Assembly (NCBI RefSeq): GCF_037042905.1
Contig: NC_087263.1
Span: forward strand, 10,604,001 to 10,664,000
Direction of reading: 5' to 3'
DNA: 60,000 nt
DNA from: Lytechinus pictus
Lineage: Eukaryota
Below, piece by piece: positions 13,112 through 60,000 of the stretch. The first letter of the stretch is position 1. Each line of letters opens with the position of its first letter. The notes beneath the pieces are model-generated. The model saw nothing but the letters and a program-made list of their open reading frames with translations. It ran no database searches and was not told where the DNA came from. Both the position numbers and the translations under genes were made by a program.

Positions 13112-15767
13112 GTTTCACATTGTGAGTGACACTGTATTTTTCTTCGACAAGGACGTAATTTGAATCATGCAAAGTCATTTGTTGGTTATGGAGCAACTAT
13201 TTTACAGCAGTGCACGTATTTGTTTATTAACTTGATTATTCATTTATTTATTTACTTATTTATTCATTTATTTATGTACGTATTTATTTGTTTATCTATT
13301 AATTATTTTATTTATTCATTCACTTATGTTTTCTTTGGACAGGGTGTTCTCTTCAGTACATAAAAAATTGCTTTTAGAGAAAGCCCCGCATTATTTATAT
13401 GGACTTTTATTCAAAATAATGTGTTCAGATTATTAAAAATTTAAATCACATTGTACAAACGGAATTTGAAATGCATTATTTTTACATTTAAGAAACACTA
13501 CAAATAATAACTCTAAAGAATAAATTGTATTCTGCATTCACTACTTTATTGCTCAATAAATGATATATAGCGGGTTTCGTTTTTTTTTTTACAACTTTCT
13601 TTTGACAAATGGAGATCAAGGCCGGATAAAACACATTATACAATGTACAGTATAACAGGTACATGTACGATTCAAATCTAATCACGTTCATTCGTGGATT
13701 ATTTAATACTATCCTACGATAAGAATATCGTATCAGAGGTATCAGACAAGATATACATTCGATTCACGGTGTATTTTTCAACAGCAATACATTATTGCAC
13801 TATAATATCAACCATATTATCCCCACAATAAACTGACACCTATATAAAAACACTTATTGTTTTGTCATAAGCTTTTAGTTTCTAAACATGAATAATTTGC
13901 TTATGTACACGGAAATAAATAGTTCTATTTATTATATATATTTATAAATCAAATCTTGAAATGGAAGCTTGCCGAAGAAATAGACCTGTGTTTTTCCAAG
14001 CACATGATGGCGCTCAACTTTGGTATTTGCAGGGTTTTTTTTACTCCCTGTATCATAAACATGATAAATAAGGGTGAAAGTAGGTTTCGTCACCACAAAC
14101 TGCAATTATGCAATTAGGTTCAATGAAATCCGTATCATTTGCGTAAAAGGAAAAAAATACTGTCATTCATGATTTTCTTTTTAATGTGAAATATTCCTGT
14201 CCTACTGAATATGATAATGAAATATTCTAATAGTAATAAAGACTCTCCGAAACTGTGCGTAAAAAAGGCGAAAGTCACTATAGTTTTGCTTAAAAGGAAA
14301 ACGTCAAACCCACTGAATCATATGACACCTGTTTTTATCACGTGATAGATGACTAAGTCATGTGACGCAGGATAACGAGAAGGAACGATAAACGGAAATT
14401 TCATATCAGGTGACCTATGTTATGTTGTATTTCTTAATAATCATCCTGCCAGAATGTAAGGTCACAATATATTTATATTGAAAAAGAGGTTTGGAGATTA
14501 AATCTAATTACCCTCTTTTCGTTTTCAAGGTTTTTTTTTAATTCATTCTCTAACATTTTTATTTTATATTCAAAGACAACGATTTGTAGATCAAGGATAA
14601 AAATTCGTCAAACATATTTTTCTCAGTTATAAGTCATTTTTTTTACAAGGGGGTGGGAATTGGACATGAGGAACAACAAATATGCCCCCCCCCTCCAAAA
14701 AAAAGATTACTGGCTTCCTGTCAATGTTTTGAGGAGGCACCACAGACTGCAGCACTTGACTGGAACGTCATCTCATTATTCATAACAATGTTATTGGCTT
14801 CAGACCTAAGTTCTCTTAAGACATATAAGATAGAATTTGAGGCATCAACAATCTTAGTTTAATGGTGATGACGATTACAATTATTATTAACCTTCCCTTG
14901 TCTTTATTCTTCCTGTCCTTTCCTAGCCTTACTTCCTTTACCGTTTAGTATTTGCATTGTTTTGTGTTACAGGCATATCCCGCCACAAGCTTTTTGCTTT
15001 TAGGGAATTATGCCTTCTTCGGTTAACAAATCTTGTATATATTTACAGTCTTTTATGATGATAATTTGGATTATATTGTCAATTGGTATTTTGTAAAAAT
15101 TGAAGAAAATAAATTTTGTTTGAATTTTAATTTTAATAACTTTGAGACTGATTTTCTTGTATCGATGTGAGCATTCTCAATGAAGCAAATCGTCGCCAAT
15201 GCAAATGGCATTGAATGATAAATAGCTATGTTTAATGTAAAGGGGCGCACAAAAGGGATAAAATTCAAGTGAAATCTTTGGTTTGAGTGGCCGAGAGGTA
15301 CCGGGCACCGACTGTTTGTGTTGTAACTGTTCGAGTATGAAATACGATTGCCAGTGCTGACAATGTTCATGAAACGGCGCCCACAACACTTTCATCCGAC
15401 CTCAAACCTGTGAGTACACTGTTAATTTTTTTGGGGGGTTAATACCAGAGATAAGTTCGACAAATTTGTTTAGATAGGCGTAAGGAGTTTGATCTTCATT
15501 AGGGAAATTTTGCACTGCAACGTACGGATAATTCAAGAACAGAGAAAAGGTATCATCACACGCCCGTCATGGCAGAGAACAGTCTTTGTCAAAAATTGGT
15601 GATTAAAAACGGCAATATAGTCCTAGACTCTGGACAAACGACATATCTACAATTTTTCGTTTACTCCGAAACTTCGGACGAAACTGCTGTTCCGTTTCAC
15701 TAACTTTCGAAAAAAAGACCTCCCAGCTGTTCTTTGTCATTTTGACGGGCATGCTCAAACGATTTAA

Positions 15768-15773
15768 TTTATT
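15768..15773 (-). terminator. Candidate polyadenylation signal AATAAA for TH
   Basis: Canonical AATAAA on the minus strand ~255 nt after the stop codon; more distal signals exist, so usage is unproven. Confidence 0.3.
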
Positions 15774-16028
15774 CTTGAATCGTCCGTGCGTCGCTGCGTA
15801 AAAACCTCCCGAATCTGGCATTGTAACCGTAATGATTATTGTTTGGAATCGCTTTGAAATTATGTTTTGGATTGACGCGGACCAAGGAAAATGTCATGAA
15901 AACCAAGCAGGGCTAGAATAACAATCCATGCATGCAAAGAAACGCCAACAGAACAGACGAGATGTTATAGCGGTCGCTGAAACAGGTATAGGCATATGTC
16001 CTGACGCTAAACCTATCAATATACTTTG

Positions 16029-54253
<38,225 letters not shown>

Positions 54254-55734
54254 CTTCAGCTTAAACTTTCACCTGTACACTCGAGGAAATGGCAAACGGT
54301 CTCTGATGTAAATATCTGCAACTTCGTCCGGTTCTTTAAGTTTCGTCGATGTACTTTGGAATCCACACAAATGTAGGCCTTATTTCACTTTAAATATGAA
54401 ATGGTCGATAATCAAAATGTGAACGTTGAAGTTTATACTAATTGGAAGATCTTGGAAATGTTGATTGAAGCTCGAATAATTTGCCTTGTCTGTCAAAGGT
54501 TATTCATATACCTTGTCTGTTCAATGAGAATCGTTAAATAAGGCGAAATTATGGTATCGAATAAAATGCGTATTTCAATGTTAAAACGAGATGTTCGATG
54601 ATCGGAAGGAGTAGAATTTCTTATTTCTGTAAAGAGTTTCCGGAGATTTCTTTTTAACTTGGAGGAGGAGGAGTAAGTTATTGCTAGTGATTCTGGTTTT
54701 GAAAGTAAAGCGTGCACCAAAAAAAGAAGAGCGAAAGTAAATTCTGACCGAGCATGCAACAGGTTTGGTGATCATTCGACGAGGGCACACGCGTCATGTA
54801 ATCGTTTGTCGGCGCGTCGCTCAGAATTTTAATAAAAGCGAGCCTCTTAGCTTGGCTCTTATTATCGCTCTCTCTTTCTCATAAATCTTCTCTTATGTAC
54901 CTCATCATCTGGCCATCTTCTGAGCTTGTCGCTGAATTACAGATTGGCTTTGGATTAGTACAAGGGGTCTCGCGTGGCGACGATCTATCAATTTATATCA
55001 ATTAATAACCCGGGGGGCAAGCGCAAATCGATATTGCGCCTATGGGCTGCATCGAGAGACGGTGCTTTACCCAAATCTGGGGGAACCTCGCTATTGGTTG
55101 AGGCTTATTATCGCTTCGTCTGGGAATAGTTTGAAATCGAGCGTCTTTTGAATATTCATGGTTGCAAAAATTAAAGTTCGAGAATTCCTGATGCCGTTTT
55201 GGCTGAATGCAAGAATGGTACCTCCATTGATTCACATTTGACGGCTCTTCCGGTCACGGGTGCAACGCCATTCTGTTATGTCTATATACATGTATAACAT
55301 TTTATTAAAACTAGTTAAAATCGAGGAAAACTGTTCGTATTTTCTATAGTCCGGTTTAACATAGGCCATGGTTAAACTCTGTGCTAGAGTATATTATTTA
55401 TTCAATTTGTATTTATTCAATATGTATATTATTTATTCAATGTAGAACTTTTTGTTCATGCTTTTATTTAAATTGAATTGATTTATCATGTAATTATTTG
55501 TATTATGTTGAAGAATGAAAAATAAATTGAATTGAATTGAATTTGAAGTTAAAAAGTCAGATTTTTTTTTCATATTGTACGTTCCTTTTAATTCTTTGTT
55601 TTTCGTTTCCCATGTTCTAATGATGACGAAAACTACTTCTATTCCCAGAAAGTTATGAATGATTTGTGTGTAATAAAGTGGCTTGTACATTTGCTCTACG
55701 TATGATTTGTGCAAATCTCGTTCTCCGTAGTTAA

Positions 55735-56316
55735 AGGGTAATTAAACCTTTGGAACAAGTAGGCTTATGTCGAAACAGAAAAATCAAAGAATAAGAACAA
55801 AGAAAGTTTCAGCAAAATCGGACAAATAATGAGAAAGTTATGAGCATTTGAATATTGCAATCACTAATGCTATGGAGATCCTCCGACTGGCAATGCGACA
55901 AGGATGTGTGATGTCACATGTGAACAACTTTCCCTTTGGACTATAAAATACCCCCAAAATGTGTCTTTTTGCTTTTTCTTACGGTGATACAAACTCTTTA
56001 TCCATGATGTATTCTTTAAAAATCTGTATTACATGCCCTCCTGTAGAAAGAACACATGAACTACTGATAGATGTGATAAAAGAAGCAGTTTAACTGAAAT
56101 ATATACTAAAGTGATGGGGAGAGTTGTTCACAAGTGACATCACATATCTTTGTCGCATTGCCAATGTGAGGATCTCCATAGCACTAGTGATCGCAATATT
56201 CAAATGCTCATAACATTCTCATTATTTGTCTGATTTTTCTCAAACTTTCGTTGATCTGTTTCTTTGATTTGTCTATTTTCACACAAGCTATCTTGTTCCA
56301 AAGGTTTCATTCTCCT
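55735..56316. mobile_element. TTAA-flanked MITE with ~200-bp TIRs, second family
   Basis: TTAA|AGGG..AAACCTTTGGAACAAG ... CTTGTTCCAAAGGTTT..TCCT|TTAA; the inverted arms extend to GATGTCAC/GTGACATC. Confidence 0.88.
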
Positions 56317-56635
56317 TTAAACCACAAATTTAGACCAAGGTTTAGATCAGAATAGGGCCTTTGACTTAGTGCTCGGTACTAAATTAGAAAGTACAATCAT
56401 AATTATTGGGCATGTCTAGCATCAATAGATTCCTTGAGCAATATGATACCAAACTATCTTGTAATAAAGACACACATGTTATCATTAATTCAAACGTATA
56501 CATATTTTGACAAGAATCGTTCACTTTCTCATAGAAATCATAATGAAGTGGCCCAGTGATCTATTCAACTTTGAATAGATTGTTTCTAAAGTGGATCTCT
56601 TTTCCTTTTCCCTCTCTCACTCTCTGAGATTGATT

Positions 56636-56788
56636 TTACGTCATCTTCAGGTACGTCATTATTATAACATTTTTTACGTAAGTGATACTGGTAAATATGA
56701 CGTCATCGCGTCCTTGGCATGCTCGGGATATTGTTGTTTTGGCAGGACGTGGAGTCTTTTGTTCCGCAAAATTAACATTTACGCGTAA
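56636..56788. promoter_or_regulatory. Cluster of CRE/bZIP-type sites ~2.4 kb upstream of the TH ATG
   Basis: TTACGTCA 56636, GTACGTCA 56651, TTACGTAA 56674, perfect TGACGTCA 56698, GGACGTGG 56745, palindrome TTACGCGTAA 56779. Confidence 0.4.
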
Positions 56789-57904
56789 TAATTAACGGTC
56801 AGTGTGACAAAATAATTACCTCAGCCAATGTTATATAACATTATGGTTATAGAGCAACCGATAAAATCGACCTCATATCTCCCCTCTCCGTCTGTCTCTC
56901 CCTCTCTCTCACTTCCGCCTGACCTTTCATTCTATTTAATTTAAATAAAATGAACAAAAAGACGCGTAGTTTTAAGTCATTCATGAACAATAAAGCTATT
57001 CTTTTGATATATTTGTATTTTTCGTCATATATATATTTAAAAATCGTTACTGAATTAGTGTAAAATCTTTATATGAAACTGTAAATATTCAAATTGTTGT
57101 TCTGATTGTAAAAGCAAACTGATGGGTTTCTTCAATACCCATTTCGGGTGACGTGAGAACATAGAAAAATCACATTGTCATTGTCAGCTTTACGTCGCGC
57201 CATCCCAAATCTGTGAATTATTATGACATCACAACAGACGCAGTCATAGTCCTGTGTCCCTATGGCCTGTTGTGACTAGGTCTGGATAGTTAATATTTAT
57301 AAATGAATGTTATGATTTTGAAATTAAATCAAAGTAGACCCAACATACTTTCGTAGTGGACTCTTGGCATTCTTGGTGACTTTCTGTCAAATGTAATGCT
57401 GTATGGGTGAAAATCGTTGATACATGAAAATGGATCGCGAGGACCGCGGTGCAGTTGATGAAGTTATCTTGAAGAGGTATTGTTCTTGGTTTATTTCCAT
57501 TCCGTCTAATAACCAGTTGGTCCAATAGCCATTTAGTCCATAAACCATTTGGTCTAATTAAACTGAAGTGTTAATTGTGCAAAATCAATGACAAGAAAAT
57601 GGGTAGACCAATTGGTTACTAGACGAAATGATAATAGACGAACTGGTGATTAGACGAAGTGATAATTGACCAAATGGTTGTTAGACGAAATGTTGATGGC
57701 CGGAATGGCATTGGACTAAATGAAGGTAGACCATGTGGTGTGTGGACGAGTTGGCAGTGGATGAATGGGCAATTTACCATTGAATGTGGTTCTTTTTCCA
57801 TATAATAAGGTCAATATTTCAACCCCTTTATCTCCCCCCTCTCTCTCATGCACTCTGTCCGGTTCCCTTTTCTATGAAATACATGTATCTCTTCTACGTT
57901 CGAT

Positions 57905-58195
57905 TTTAGATTTCATTCTTTCTTTATTCCTTGATCCCTTTCTTTCTCAATTCCTTCCTTCCCTTCTGTATTTCTTTGTTTTATTCTATCCTTTTCTTTT
58001 TATGTCTCTCTTAGTCTTCATTTCTTTCTTTCTTCCTTCCTTTCTCAATTCCTTCCTTCCCTTCTTTATTTCTTTGTTTTATCCTATCCTTTTCTTTATA
58101 TGTCTCTCTAATAGTCTTTGTTTGTTTCTGTTTCTTTCTTTCTTCCTTTTCTCTTTTTCCGTCCTTCTTTCTTTCCTTTCATTCCTTCTTTCCGG
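57905..58195. repeat. TC-rich low-complexity tract with internal duplication
   Basis: Direct inspection. Confidence 0.85.
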
Positions 58196-59127
58196 ATGGA
58201 ATATTGAATCCCCTCTCATTTCTTTATCATTAAGGAACTAAGTAAAAAGTTTTATACTACATACATTGTACATATACCACTGGGTGGATGGGTAATGATT
58301 TAATGCTGACATAAACCCCCAAAATGAATAACATCCATAGCCCCACATAACTGATTCATTTACATTACATACAACAAAAACAGTTCAAAGTGAAACATTA
58401 TTTCAAAAGTTTCGCATAAAACATAATATAGACAAGAAGTAAAAGAGAAATAAATCACATCAAAGGTAACATGCATAACACTCCATGCAAAATTCATTCC
58501 ACAATATCATTATATTGAATACTATATAAAATATAGATGTATACATTTATATTGTAAATTGTAATTAGAATATGAAAAAATATATATATTTTTTAACTTT
58601 ATACCAATATTTGTGCAGTTATTCAGTAATGAATACAAAGGCGGATAATTCATAAGAATACTTGATAGATAAATAATTTATGTAATGAACAGCAAAGTGA
58701 CAATATAATTCAAATGGTTGAAAATGCAACAACCAGGAGCCTGAATATCAATGAAGTTGCAAGCTACTGCATGTAGAGTAAAAGATGATTTCAAAAATTT
58801 TCAGTTACCTACTTAAATTTTTTGTTATTAATTCATTAATCATCATACATGCACATGTATCAAAAACTGAATGGAGTATATTGAATTATGTGCTTTTAAT
58901 GGGAGCATGGTTGATTGTTACATTTGAAAGAATACAGAAAAAAAAAATGAATGCAATATAGAAGCCCAACTTTGAAGAGGTGGTATTCCATACCAGGAAA
59001 TCTAAGTCGATTCATTTTGGTTATTCAGTATTTTCAATGATATTCTGTAATATTAGATTTTGAGTTGCATTTTCATTTAACTTTAACCTGGCATTGGAAT
59101 TGGATTTGAAATTGAAACTGAGTTTAA

Positions 59128-59692
59128 AGGTCGAGTCCACCCAACAAAAATGTTAATTTGAATAAATAGAGAAAAATCAAACAAGCAAAATGCTGAAAAT
59201 TTCATCAAAATTTGATGTAAAATAAGAAAGTTATGACATTTTAAAATTTTTCTTATTTTTCACAAAACAGTGATTGTGCACAACTCAAATGAGACAGTCA
59301 ATGATGTCCCTCACTCGCTATTTCTTTTGTTTTTATATTGTTTGAATTATACAATATTTCATATTTTATAGATTTGACAATAAGGACCAACTTGACTGAA
59401 TCATTAAACAATGCACATTCCACATGTTCAGGGAGGAATTAATTGTTGTTTCACTTGACAATGAGGAGAAAAATAGGATATTCCCTACTTTGTATAATAA
59501 AATACAAAAGAAATTGTGAGTGGATGACGTCATCAGTCTGCTCATTTGCATACCCAACAGGATGTGCATATAACTGTTTTGTGAAATTAAGCAAAACTTT
59601 AAAATGTCATAACTTTCTTATTTTACATCCGATGCTTGTTGGATATTTCTCTTTTTATTCAAATCAACTTTTTGTTGGGGTGGACTTGTCCT
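59128..59692. mobile_element. TTAA-flanked MITE (Kolobok/T2-like), copy 2
   Basis: TTAA|AGGTCGAGTCCAC ... GTGGACTTGTCCT|TTAA; colinear with 18249-18845. Confidence 0.88.
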
Positions 59693-60000
59693 TTAAGTTC
59701 GTATTGAAATGTGAACCTTTTTCATACATGTACACCTTACTATTGTTTTCATATGAAAGTGAATTTGGGTATATTCATCTCCATGTACTGAACAAAATAC
59801 ACCCTTAGTAATGTATTCTCCATTTAGGCAAAAAAATATTTTCTCATGCAGTATATCCTATATCTTTATACACAAATATGATACTATGAATTAAAAACTC
59901 TTAAATGAATAATGATTTATAGCTGCCAATAATCATAAACAGCTGCACACCATAATAAAATTAAGCTGCAAACTACAATACTACATGTACATTATCAGCC

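Noticed and set aside
54820..54840. TATA-like TTTTATTAAAA on - about 580 bp upstream of the TH ATG
   Set aside because: Non-canonical, common in AT-rich DNA, and the transcription start is unknown.

Overview
AT-rich, intron- and repeat-rich animal genomic DNA. The repeat types (tRNA-derived SINEs, TTAA-flanked MITEs, 15-bp-subunit foldback elements) suggest an echinoderm such as a sea urchin; this is inference. Two convergent protein-coding genes are present. (1) A single-coding-exon core-2/I-branching beta-1,6-N-acetylglucosaminyltransferase (GT14, GCNT-like) on + at 2995-4533. (2) A complete 14-exon tyrosine hydroxylase (TH) on - from 54253 to 16029, reconstructed by hand; all introns are GT-AG with matching phases, 1569 nt, 522 aa, and the ORF track mostly misses it. 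The rest is intronic/intergenic: a solo LTR beside TH exon 2, a TU-like foldback element with an 8-bp TSD, Kolobok-, hAT-, Harbinger- and CACT-type MITEs, SINEs (one split by a MITE), LINE remnants, a ~290-bp tandem array and simple repeats. I found no convincing novel multi-gene system. The best leads are unusual substitutions and an extra intron in TH, 27-34 bp palindromic micro-elements with TSDs, the foldback element, the solo LTR and a CRE-like cluster upstream of TH.
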